From Cyanophora paradoxa CCMP329 (taxonomy: Eukaryota > Plantae > Glaucophyta): 64,000 nucleotides of DNA. Position 1 is the first letter of the stretch. Each line of letters starts with the position of its first letter. Where the stretch lies: contig QPMI01000417.1 of NCBI GenBank assembly GCA_004431415.1, forward strand, positions 1 through 64,000, given 5' to 3'. A program made the position numbers and the translations under genes. The notes under the pieces were generated by a model. That model was not told the origin of the DNA. It saw nothing but the letters and a program-made list of their open reading frames with translations, and searched no databases. Below are positions 1 through 11,666 of this stretch, one piece after another.

Positions 1-870
1 GGGCGCACCCAGTGGCCCCTCAGAGCCAAGGGCCGCTGCACGTCGTGCGCATCCGTGCAGACCACGAATCTGAGGGGGACGGGACGCGCCAAACTCAGCC
101 CGCGAGGCGGCAGCGGCGGCGGCGGCGGCAGCGGCGTCGGCGGCGGCAGCGGCGGCGTAGGAAGCATACTTGATCGGCTGGATCGACAACCCGTCGATGG
201 CGACTGGAATCTGGAGCACGAGGGTGGGCGATATCTGCGGGGGATCAGCGGCGTGCGATGTGCGGCGGAACGCGCGCGCGCCGCGGCCGCAGACCCGCGG
301 GAGGTTGAACGAAGCTACAGCGATTGACACGCCCAAGTCGTCGAGGCTGCCCTTCTCGAAGCCGCCGTCAGCGCCGAAAAGGCCGAGCTCAAGGACAGCC
401 CAGCGAGCGTCCTTTGAGCGATCGGGAGTCTCGCGGGGCATGTTGGCCATGGTGAAACCATGCACTTCGTGCCTCCCAGCGTCAGGGCGGCCGGAGCGCC
501 GGCGGCCCGGCGCTGCGGGCCGAGGGCGACGGACAGGATGTACGGTTGGGACGCTTTCACGTGCAAGGTCGCCGGTACGCCATCGAAATCAACGCCGAAC
601 TCCAGCACCTCCGGAGGAGATGGCATCCCAACCACGCGCACCAACTGGACTGCGCAGCTGCTTGCCCGCTCAGCTGCAGGCGATCATGCAGATCCACAGG
701 GCTGCACGGAGCGTAGATGCCCAAGATATGTACGAGTGGAGCCAGCTGCCAGCGGCACTGAGGCCAACTTCAGCTGCGCATGCAGGCGCTTCGAACTTTA
801 TGCGGGCTCCCTGGCCGCTGCTTCTGCTGCTGCTGCTGCTGCTGCGCATGCGCCGCCGGTCTTCCTGCAC
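1..870 (-). CDS. Hypothetical spliced protein, 3' end outside the window
   Basis: Protein-like segments on the minus strand (VRVVGMPSPPEVLEFGVDFDG; HEVHGFTMANMPRETPDRSKDARWAVLELGLFG; ISPTLVLQIPVAIDG), the last after a gt...cccgcag intron. No recognisable motif; start uncertain. Confidence 0.4.
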
Positions 871-1129
871 ATCGGGCTGTTGCGCTGTACCCCTCGTACG
901 TGGCCCTCTCTCAGCCTGATTCTCAGGTACCGGCGTACCGCCGTACCGGTCCGATCCGGTCGCCGTGCCGCAGACTGGCCCGCACGGCCCCGCAGACTGG
1001 GCCGCAGTGCCCCACTGTGCCCGGCGGCCGCGGCCGGCGCGCGGCCGCCGGCGCCGGCGCCCGGCGCCCGCCGGCGCCGCGGCGGGCCGCCGGCCCGCCG
1101 CTCGATCGCGATTCGCGAGTCATTCGCGA

Positions 1130-1570
1130 CTTGGATTCGCGAGTCGCGGCCCTCGCGGGACTCGCGGCTAGCGCTCGCCGCTCGACGCGGATCGATCCGG
1201 ATCGACTCCGATCGAGTCGACTCCGGAGTCCGGAGTCCGGAGTCCGGAGTCCGGACTCCGGATCCGGAGTCCGGAGAGTTAACTTGAACGTTTTAACGTT
1301 ATGATCCGATGATCAGTGTCATTCAGTGATCACTGGCCGGAGGCCCGGAGGTTCGGCGGAGACTCCGGAGAGTCAGTGGAGACTGGATTCCGGGCCAATT
1401 TCCGGGCCAATTTCCGGAAATCCGCGCGAAGTTCAACGGTACAAATTAACGTTAACGTTGAAGCTTCAGCTGCAGGTTCCAATTGCAATTTGCCAAGTTG
1501 CAACTTGCAACCGTCGCGTCCGGTACCGTCGACGTGGTATATATGGATATATATATACCCGGTATTATAC
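1130..1570. repeat. Palindrome-saturated intergenic tract including (AGTCCGG)n at ~1222-1277
   Basis: Runs of overlapping palindromic words: tccgga, gagtcgactc, gttaac, aacgtt, tgatca, ttgcaa, ggtacc. Confidence 0.8.
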
Positions 1571-1882
1571 CGCCGTAAATTAGTAAATTGGCCCGCGGCC
1601 GTAATTCCGCTATACTAGTACTGTCACATTATATTACTGCAGCTGCAGTGTAGGATGATACTATAGCTATAGCTAGGATCATACGTATTACGTACTAGGA
1701 GTCTTGGAATCCAGGATGGCTTAAATTGCCGCGCAGTAAAATTCGCCCTACCGGTACGTATACCGTAGACAGGTCCGTACTACGGTAGTCTCTCAAAAGT
1801 TGCCATAAAAAAATTGCCATGATCAAAACAAAATGCCGAATTCGCCCAAAACCAGAATTGCCGTGGCCGGGCTGCGCATGCT

Positions 1883-2407
1883 CGGTCTGGTTCGCTTCTC
1901 CGAGGCTCGTCTCTTTTCGATCTAGATCATCGGATCTGCGCATGCATCTGTGCCTTTCCTCTTTTATTGTCGATTTCATTTGGCTTTTTGTCTTTTCGAA
2001 ATTCGTGCTCCTGTCTTAGTTATTTTGTCTCTTTGTCCCTGTGCATGTGCCCCCGCCGCCCCCCGGGCCCCTGGGCAGTGGCCCAGTGGGCAGCCCCCGC
2101 ATGCAGTGCTGTTGTCTAGAGACTCAGGCTGTACATGCGCATGCATATGTGGCCGGTAATTCGCCAAAAAAAAGAATTGCCGTGGCGATAAATTGACGGC
2201 TTTTTTTTTGGTGAATTATAATTACCGGCCACAGTCTCTAGACACCAGCACTGCGGGGGCTGCCCAGGGGGCATAAAGACAAAAAAGCAAAATAACTAAG
2301 ACAAGAGCACGAAGAAAGATAAGACAAAGAGCCAAAATCGACAATAAAAAAGAAAAGACACAGAGCTCGAGACAGATCGAGAAGAGACGAGAAATCGAAC
2401 AGATCTA
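1883..2407. repeat. Long imperfect inverted repeat (foldback), arms ~1883-2183 and ~2196-2407; probable transposon-end relic
   Basis: Reverse complement of 2196-2391 aligns colinearly with 1906-2183 (e.g. ttttattgtcgattt, ttcgtgctc.tgtcttagttattttg, tgtctagagact, gtggccggtaatt). Confidence 0.85.
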
Positions 2408-2948
2408 GGGACAGAGGATGACTGACACGAAGAAGAGCCAGAGCTAGAGATACCATCAATATCGGAAGGAATTACATCACTAAGAAGCGGAGGACAAATT
2501 TGAGAAAGATAAATAACAGGAAGCAGACAAGTAAGAGGAACAACAAGACGACGCGGAGGCGGAGGCGAAGCAGGACGACGCGAAAGGGCAGAGCTACGGC
2601 ACAAGGTCGAGGAGGACACAGGAGGCGGAGCAGGCGGATCAAGAGCAGGCAAAAGGACAGTCAAAGGAATCACTAAAGCCGACCGGGGTCGAGACGGGCA
2701 GTCGAACTGCAAACGACGGCGAACAACAGGTCGAGCATGAGGACTATAGCTAGTATTGAAACTAACTCTAGCATCAACACTACGATCAGAATCCGAACTA
2801 GACCGAACTAAACTATAAGACGAAGTACGCCGGCGCCGGCGGGATACGACCAGCGAAGCAGAAGACGAAGGCAAAGGCGGCGGTCCGGTATCGGCAAATT
2901 GACGGCTTGACGACTTGAGAGACTTTAATATTGCCGACGAATTTGCCG

Positions 2949-3430
2949 TATACGTAGGCTCATCTCTCGACTTGATCTTGATTCTTGACGCCGCAAGTTG
3001 CCCGCAACTTGCATGCCCGCAAGTTGACTCAGTGACGGCTTATAATTAAATTGCTGCAGTGCCGGACGCGTGGTGTAAAATTGCCGAATTCGAATATATA
3101 TCATAGTATTCGCCCACTAGTACAGTAGTAGTACTGGGCCATGGCCACAACCCCGGCCCGCGGGACCGCGGCCCCGCGACTCGGGGCCGCGGCCCGCGAG
3201 GGCCGCGACAGCTTCTCGGGAATCCAATATTAATATTAATGATCCAGCTACGTATACTTGGGTAGTATTTGCATTGCATACGCGAGCTCCACCCGGCCCC
3301 GTCCGATGTCAGACTCCACGTGCACCGGTATATACGTAGATCTAGATCTGAGATCTAGAAAGGCGCTTACTAGTTAGTCCCGTATACGTACACGCCGTGA
3401 CATATACGTAGGCTCATCTCTCGACTTGAT
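2949..3430 (+). repeat. 28-bp exact direct repeat (2949-2976 and 3403-3430)
   Basis: tatacgtaggctcatctctcgacttgat occurs at both positions. Confidence 0.9.
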
Positions 3431-3801
3431 ACTTAACGGACGTCGGACGCTACGCCGTACGCGTAGTACGTTTCTATTCCCAGCCCAGCCGTACTTATAT
3501 TCAATGATTGTCTCGGTGATAGCCTAGTAGGCTCGCGATCGCTACGAAATTGAAGACAAGGCGAAGACATCACAAGCTTAATATAAGAAGGAGGACGCAA
3601 GGCGCAAGGCCCGGAGGGGGGCGCAAGGGAGAGCAAAGGGAAAGAAGCACGGTAACCTCTGGGACTCTGGTCGTCGCTAGCGCTGCCGTGCCGGCGCAGC
3701 TGAGTTCGGAGATCTAGAGGCTAGCGGAGAGGACCGGCCGCGGGCTCCGAGGCGTTACCGATGGACCGGGATATCGGTGGATGATGACGATATCGATGGC
3801 G

Positions 3802-6800
3802 TTAATCGCTGTCATCAAGCACAATGACTTCTGGAGCCTTGGTTGCAACTGCAGCTGCTGTTGCAGCCGGCGGCGGCGCTGCCGGCGGCTGGCCATGGCC
3901 CGTTTGTGTCCGGTTCCGACGCTTGACGTGAGAAATGCCGCCGCAGCGGCCGCGAACAGAGGGGCCGCCGGTGTGCGACCCGCGTGCGCTGCCGCTGGAT
4001 CCGTTCGGTGCTCCTGACGTGCCGACGTCGGACTCCTTGCCCCCCCCGCTGCTGCTGGACGGGCCGGCACCGCCACCGGCACCGGAGCTGCCGCCGGGGG
4101 CGGGGGCGGGGCCCCCGCTCGAGCTCGCGGCCGCCGTGCCGGCGGTCGTTCGAGGCCGCCTCTCCTCCCAGGTCCCTTCGACGTCTGAGCTGCTCGGCCC
4201 GGCTCGCTTCTTCTCCGCGCCGCTGAGGCCTGGGACCCGAACGCTGCTGCTGCTGCCGCTGGAGGGGCCGGCGCCGGCTGCAGGGCTCCCGTTCCCGCTG
4301 GCGAGCTCATTGCTTAAGCTTCTGCCGGGGACTGCCTTTCCCTTCTCCGCCCTCGCCCGCTTCGAATCCGGGGGCTGCTCGGCGGGGCCCTCCGAGGGAT
4401 GCTTGCCGCGCGCGACTAGTACTGGCCCCGCGGGCTCATGATCACCGATCGACACGCCGTCGTCGTCCCGCCCGCGACCGTCGCCGCCTTCCTCGAGCCC
4501 TTCCGCCTCGTCTGAAGAGTCGGCGTCGTTCTGCACGCAGGGCGAGCGCGTCGGGTCAGGTCAGAGGCAGAGCCTGAAATCGAACAGCGGGCGCATAGCT
4601 GCGCACTGCGGTTGCCTCGGCCTGAGCGAGGGCGGCGTTGGCAGAGCTGGAGACGGAGGGCGCGGCCTCCTCCTCCTCCTCCTCCTCATCGCCCTCGCCG
4701 CCGCCGTCTTCAAGGCCCGCGCCGGCGAGCGCGGCTCGCCCGTCCCGTCCCAGCTTCTCCCGCACTTTCTCCCGCAGTTTGGCCCTGCTTACGGTCATGA
4801 ATTCGGTTCGCGACCATCAGTGTTCGCTCCATCGATATGCGCATGCGCGCGCACCGGCTCTGGTCGTCCGCATACACGTCAGCGATGGTCTTGACGAAGG
4901 CTGCGATTTGATCCAGGGCGCCGCTCCACGCCGCCTCGGCCGCCGCGAAGTCCAAGTTTGCCAGCACCTGCCGCCCTGGATAAGGGGCCATGTCCGGCAG
5001 AGGATAAGGGGAGGCTAAAGGACGAACCTCCGAGCAGAAATTCTCGATAGTGTTCTGGAAAGCGCGGAGGACCTGGAAGTTTGCATGTGCGCGGACGTTT
5101 GTTAACCAGCGATTACTTCAGTTTAGATCGCGCTTGAGATTGACGTGCGCACGTCGCCAAGCTTCTTGCCGCAGCTCACCGCAAAGCTTTGAAAGGAGTT
5201 TTGTATGGCGCCCCTGGTCTCTGCGATTTGCGACCTGCGTGATGCAAAGAACCTTCGGCAATGCAAGCACGACGCACGGTCATAGCCCGTCTTCGCGATC
5301 TCTGGTGCTGCGCTGGCGACCTTTGCCTTCGCAGCGGGCCACTCTGAACTCTGCCGTGCAGGTCAGAACCAGCCAAAATTAAACCGAAAGAGCTAGACCG
5401 GGGCTCCTTGAACGCGCCCTGGCATCGACGCCCTTTACTGCGCGCTTTAGAGCCGGTTCCATCTCCTTCTCCGCGCTGACGGGGCGACTCAGACGGCGCT
5501 GACGCCGACAGGGCTCGAGCGCGCAGACGCGTACCCCGTAAAGGCAAAGTCACATAGATTCCCGGCGCCGAGCGACTGGATGAATTCCACCGTCGCCCGC
5601 ACGCGCTGGTCCAGCTCCCTGCGAGAGAAATTCGGACGGAGCGCGAAATTCGGAAATTCGTCGCGGTTCGGGAGCGCTCGCCTGCTTAGAAAGCAGAGGA
5701 CGATGCCGAGGACCTTGAAGGCCTCCTCGCTGCCCGGGCGGCCCTCCCAGGACGGGGGCATCTCCTTCCGCATTCCCAGCAGCCTGATCTTGATCATGTC
5801 GATTCGCTGCGAGCGTGAACCCCGATCGGGAGCTGAGAACAGATGAAAGCTCAAGCCTGCGACGTGAGAGGAAGGGTCACCTCTCCGAAAAGGCTCCGGC
5901 GAAGGCTCGTCTCCTCCAGAAACTTGTGCATCTCGACTCGCAGCTGCAGCGCCCCATCTGCACGAGAGATGAGCGACCTAAGGCTTTGAGGAAGAGTATT
6001 GTACAACAAATTTATTCATATAATGTAATTATAAAATTTACAGGTTCGTAAATATACGTATATGCCGGCGCCGCACCGTAAAGGGGCTCGAGGGCGCTCT
6101 TGCCGACCTCTCCAGGGACAAGCGGCTCCTTCGCCACCGCAGCGAAGAAGCCGGCAACGCGATAGCCGAAAGCTTTCTGCAGCCTCATCTGCACGGACCT
6201 CGTTACACTACGCACCCGCTTAGCTTATGGGTGGGGCTGCATGGACGCACGGCAGTCTGCGCGGCGGCGCAGTTGGGGATTTGTCGGCCCAACGTTCTGT
6301 CCACGAGGCCCGTGCCTTTCTTGCCCGCCTCGCGCCAGTTCTCGAGCCCGCTAGTCTCTTGCAGCGCGGTCCGCGTTTTCCTCAGCGACTTCGCGCACTG
6401 CTTCAGGTGATCCTCCAGCAGCTTGCGCGCGTCCGGCGACAGCCGCTTGACCTCCATAACCTGATTCCGAATGAGCGAGATGCGGGGGCATAAGCGACTC
6501 GGTTTTGGAGAAGGACGTACCAGGCGGTTGGACGTGGCGTAGAAGCAGAGTACTCCCCCGAGGGTCTCCAGAGAGATGGGGAGCAGCTGGGCGCGCAGGC
6601 TCGCCGCCCGCACATCCCGCAGCTGGTGCAGCAGCTGCTTGAAGTCGGGCCGCTCGCCCGATCCCTTCCGACTCCAGTTCGGCCTCGCGAAAATCGGCGC
6701 AAACCGGACGCGGCGCATCCTGCCGGAAGACGCACGAGCACCGTGAGAATCAAGCGCGAGCGCGAGCAAGTGAGGACAGAGTCTCTCGAGAGCGCGCGCG

Positions 6801-9800
6801 CACGTTCGCTCGACGGTCTCGACACGGGCCGGCTCGGCCTCGTTCTGCAGCGCGATGGCGACGACGTCTTGGAGCTGCGTGCGGAACTGGCGCTTCTTGG
6901 CCACCTCCATGGACTTCAAGAACTTCTCGGCGGAGGGAATGTCGTCGCCCCGCCCGAAGTCGCCGTCCTTGACCAGCAGAATCTGCGTAGAAGCGTAAAG
7001 AAGCTTAAGCCGCGGCTGCGGGGCGCCCGTCCCGTTCCCACCTGGATGCGCGAGCTCGCGGCTATGATCGGGGCGAAGACATCGGGGACGACCTCCCTCG
7101 GCAGGCTGTCCTCGTCTTTGCTCGAGCAGAGCTGCGCATGCGCGTAAACGTTCATGGCCTGAGTGGACGGCGGCACAATCCCGGGCGCCCCGTGCGATCG
7201 TGGACGAACCATGAGGACGGCATCGATGCTGCGCTCGCCCTCTCGGAACGCCGACATGACGATTCCGTTGTGCGCGTGTCCCGGCTCGCTCTGCAGCCCC
7301 GGCAGATCTTTCTGCAGCGCGCGCGTAGTATTTGTGGTCAGCGAGATGCAGGCATGCAGGACACGCGACGGCTGGAGCTCACGAAGCGAAAGTTGTGCAG
7401 GTCGGTGGAGGGCAAATGTAGGCGGATCGCGCGCAGCATGCCCCAGTGCGAGACGGCGCCGTCCTGCAGGGCGTCAGATCTGCTAGACTATAGCTAGGAA
7501 CGAATTGAGATGCAAGTACCTTGCGCTCCGTCGCATGAATGATGAGCATGCGGCGTACCTGCACGTGCATACAATCGGTCGCAACTAGAGGGGCGCGGCC
7601 ACAGCGGACCGGCTCTGCGGGGCGGGTCTGCACCTCTTTCCTGATGTCCTCAGCGGTGTTCGCGAAGATGCGGTGGCGCGTCGTCCGCCCCAGAAGCGGC
7701 TTGTACACCTCTAGAATCTCAATTTGGTCCTCGCTGCGATTGCGAGAGCTTCAGGCATGGGCGCGCTCGAGCTCGAGCCAGGTCGCAGAGAGCAGCACCT
7801 GTACTTCTCCAGCTCGTGCACCGCATCGTTCTGCTCGTCTTCTTCGTACAAGGCGTCGTCGCTGGGCATGTCCTCTTTGTCTCCACCGCCAGCATCCGCG
7901 CCGAGGCCCGTGCACGCCTTGACCCTGCATTACGCCTCGCACGCTCAGCGTCGATCGATATCGCGATCGCTATCGGACGAAGTAAATATTTATGAATCGA
8001 GCGGACCAGCCTAGGCTTGAAACGCTATGCTTGAAGGCTTCTCGCTGTGCAAGCGGCTCAGAACAAGTAGGGGCAGCTGCGACTGCGGATTCGAAGCCGG
8101 CAGCACCTGCTCGGAAGGCAATGCCTGCACGGCCCCGAGATCGCGCCGGACCCTTTCGAAGTGGGGCTCGAGCTGCGCGGAATCCGAATCAAGCTTAAGG
8201 GGCGGAATCTCGAACTGAGAATTAGAGGGGCGGCGCCTCGGTGCTGGGGCGCCAGTCGAACTCGAGCATAGGCGACTCGCAGGAAGCCGGGTCGAAGAAG
8301 AGGAGTTCGACGGGGACGGCCGAAGTGGCGCCCAGCGGCTGCACGGCGCGACGCGTAAGATAGCGAAGCCAACATCGAGGCGGGACGGAGGGCCGGGGCG
8401 CCTGCTGGCGCGCCTGCGAGGGGAGGATGTCGCTGTTCCAGCGCGAGTCGCCGCCAAGCTCGCTCCCGCCAAGCGCCGCGTAGATCTCGCCCATGTCTTC
8501 GCTGCAGTCACGGCCCTTCGAGTCGACGACGCCCTCCGGGGGCAGCAGCTCGTGTGTCTGCGAAGCACGTGAGCTCGAGTACCCCGGTGTACATGTACAG
8601 CCAGGCAGGGGATCAGAGGCGCACGATGACTGTGGAGGGGGACGGCTTGACGCTGTGGGCGAGTCGGCACTGCTTGGCGTAGTCGGCGAAGACGCCGCGG
8701 GGCGGCATGAGCTCCACGATGAGGCTGGACAGCGTCGTTGACTTGCCGGCCTTCGACGGCGCCAGCTGCGGAGGCGTCGGCGGCGGGCGGCATGTGCGCG
8801 GGACTGACATTGCCGCGGCGCGCACGAGGTAAATGGAGGTCGTTTGGACTGTGGTCAGGCTCCTGTCGCGTTCAGCTATCTCCTGCTGGACCTTCGGAAG
8901 GGTTTATGATCAGGCGGGCTGACATGCGACGGGGTGCTCTAGGCTCAAGGGTGGGGCGGGGGGAAGGTTGGGTTGGGTTGGGTTGGGTTGGGGGGGTTGG
9001 AGGGGGATGAGCCAGGAGCAGGAGCAGGGAGAAGGGGGAGGCGGGAAAGGAGGGGCGGGGAGGGGGGGGGGGAAGGGGGGGGGCGAGCCAGGAGCAGGAG
9101 CAGGGGAGAGGGGGAGGCGAGGGGGGAGAGCGGGGGGCGGGGGACGGGGGAGGGAGGGGGGGGGGGAGCCAGGAGCAGGAGCAGGGAGGAGGGGGATGCG
9201 ATAGGATGGGGGCGAGAGGGAGGGGAAGGGCCGGGGGAGGAGGGGGGGGGCGGAGGGGGGGGGGGAGGGGCAGGGGGAGGGTGGAGGTGGGAAAACGCAA
9301 GGGAAAGGAGGTCGGTGGGTGGGGGACGAATGAGATGTACAGCAGGGAAAGGCAAATGGGAAAGAAATGGGGGACTAAGGGAAACGCGACATCGCGGGGA
9401 AAGGGAAAGAGGGGGGCAGCGGCGGGTGGGGGAACGGGGGAAGGGGGGGGCAGCGGCGGGTGGGAGGACAAGGCGGGTGGGAGGACAGTGGGAACCTGCT
9501 CAATGTGGGCATCTGAGATGAGAAGGGGGCGCTTAGGGTGCGTCCCTCCGGGCGCGGCCTTCCAGCGGTCCCGGGAGACCTCCTCCAGCCGGCATCGAGC
9601 GAGTTCCAGCTCGCTCCTGATCTTCGCCATGAGCTCGATCGAGCGCGGGTCGTCTCCAGGGGAGCCCGAGCGCCCCGCCGCGCAAATCGTCGGCCGCCGG
9701 CCTACGAAGAGCGAACAATAAGCCAGGAGCAGAGGCGGGGGGGACGGGTGGGGGGGGTGCGGGCCTGAAGAGGTGCCGGGAATCTCTGGCCGGACGAGAA

Positions 9801-11227
9801 GCCAGCGGACAGCGCGCGTGGTGCTTCGGGGCTCGTCGCGCCCTATCCAGACGTGTACGTCGTCCTTCCTTTCCTCGCAGGGGATCTTGAAATCGCGGAA
9901 GAAGTCCAAATGGTGGATATGGCTGCGAGACGGCAGCTCAGCGGGGTACACATACATCGGCAGGAGGGCGACGTACCCCTTCTTTCTGTTTTCGTAGATG
10001 AGGTGCGGTCTGAGCCGCGCCCCCGGCTCCCGTCCGATAGCAAAGAGCGTGAACTGGCAAAGATCAGAACGCCGTACCCCCCGTCTGGGTGCGGGGTACG
10101 CGAAACGCACGATGTCTCTCTCGAGCGAGGTCGGAGGCATCTCCTGGAAGCTCTGGACGAGTTCCTCGTCCTTCGCGGTGGTGGAAAACCTGGGTACGAC
10201 CGCCGTAAGACGCGCCGGTACCCCCCACAGCCCTACACGTGCGCACGGCACAATCTTGCAGATGGCAGATGCGAATTCACGCGGTGCCCGCTCCACCTGA
10301 GCCTCGACGAACTCTCCGAGCCTGCGCTGCGCAGACAGTGGCGCTCTGCAGCGATCGCGCTCGTGAGTGAGGAGGGCGCGAGAGACGAGCGGAAGAAAGC
10401 CGCATCTCACCTTGCAGCGGCGCCGATGGCGCCCTCCAGAGAAGTGTGTTCCTCGCAGACGAAGCGGAGACCAAAGAGGAAGGTGCTGACGCCGTTCCCG
10501 CGCTTCGCGGCCTTCGATTCCGCGGCCTCTGAGACCGCTTGCGGGGCGTACTCGGCGAACGCGCGCTCGGCTGGGCTCGGCTCGCGCCCCTGCAAGCGGC
10601 TGAGGCGGCGCGCAGCGCTCAAGAACGATAGCGAGGGAACCTGGATTGGGCACAACACGGCCATCGACTTGGCGATGGTCAGCGCCCGCTCGCGCGAGGC
10701 GAACGCGAAGGTGTTCGCGGCTGGCGCCGAAGAGCCCGACGGCGCGGTCCCAGCCTTGCCCGCGCGCTTTTCCTTGTTCTTCATCAACTCCTTTTCCACC
10801 TCTGAGGCCCAAGCGATCCCTTTACGACGCGCAAGTTCGGGGCGCGCGCGCGCGCGGCATGCTCACCCGCTTTCATCTTCGCGAAAGCGATGCATCCTTT
10901 CTTTTTCTTGAAGTGAAAGCTGCCGCGAGCAAACAGCGCATCCTCCGTCGGTTGCTTCCAGATCTCGCAGAGCTCTCGGAGAGAGACAGTGATGCGCCTG
11001 CGGCGGCTGACGACAGGCTGGCGCGGATCGAGAAGCTCGAAGCAGTCCTCGCTGACCAGGACGACGCGAACATCCTCCTTGCCGGTCCAGGGGAACGTAA
11101 AGTAATCGCCCGGCTCTAGCTGAGCGTGCCGGTAGACATCCCGGAAGCAGAGCGCCGAGCTCGCGCTGGCGCTGGCGCTGGCGCTAGCTGCTGGGCTCTT
11201 CGAGGGCGGCCCTGCTCTTCTTGACAT
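3802..11227 (-). CDS. Gene A: large multi-exon dynamin-superfamily GTPase (SLIP-GC/NUGGC-like) with RAMA-like N-terminus and C-terminal SIM-like motif
   Basis: ATG at 11227 (MSRRAGPP). Spliced Walker A TSIYL|LAPSKAGKSTTLSSLI (~8720-8765). G2 region ILPSQ|PLGATSAVPVEL. HWGMLRAIRLHLPSTDLHNFRF|KDLPGL gives G3 DxPG (~7294-7308). Helical region follows; last exon ends EVIVLDDSD-TAA at 3802. Confidence 0.75.
8950..9495. repeat. G-rich intron of gene A with three copies of gagccaggagcaggagcaggg among long G runs
   Basis: Copies at ~9008, ~9085 and ~9166, with a partial copy at ~9721 in the neighbouring intron; a (GGGTT)n run at ~8965-9000. Confidence 0.8.
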
Positions 11228-11666
11228 ACTTTGGAGCTTGAGCGTGCTCTACTTACGGTCTAGAAGCGCGTGGAGCTGCGCCCGCGAACTTCAGGCTCGC
11301 ACTCAACGTTCGCTTGGGGGGAGAACGCACTGTCTGGGCGTCCAGTGACATACGCCATCGCCTCCGAGCGCAAGGTCGCAAGCGCGAGCTTCGCCCGCTC
11401 GAGCTCCGGCCCGCTGGCTGAATCGAATTCTAATGGCTGGGGTCGCAGCTGTGCTACTGCCTTATAGAGCGCACTGCGTACTTCCGCGATGCTTCAGCGA
11501 TGCACGAAAGCGCTCAGCGATGCGAATGCTTGAAGCACGGTACCCCCCCACAATCGCCTGCCACGGCGCCTGGTGACCGGTGGGCGCACGCGAGCCCGCC
11601 GCATAGCTTCAGCAAAGAAGAGCCATCGGCCGGCGCTGAACGCGGGGAACGGCGGGAACGCCGGGA
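11228..11666. promoter_or_regulatory. Putative bidirectional promoter of the GTPase pair
   Basis: ~440 bp or less separates the divergent start codons. Inferred from geometry only. Confidence 0.45.

Noticed and set aside
2296-2874. 192-aa Ser/Arg/Pro-rich ORF
   Set aside because: Non-ATG start, no motif, runs into the foldback arm; explained by pyrimidine skew.
2949-3430. CRISPR-like array from the 28-bp direct repeat
   Set aside because: Only two copies 454 bp apart, no regular spacers, no cas genes, eukaryotic context.
8872-10812. 646-aa ORF as a single-exon gene
   Set aside because: It reads through several introns of gene A, including the poly-C intron that yields the spurious poly-Pro stretch.
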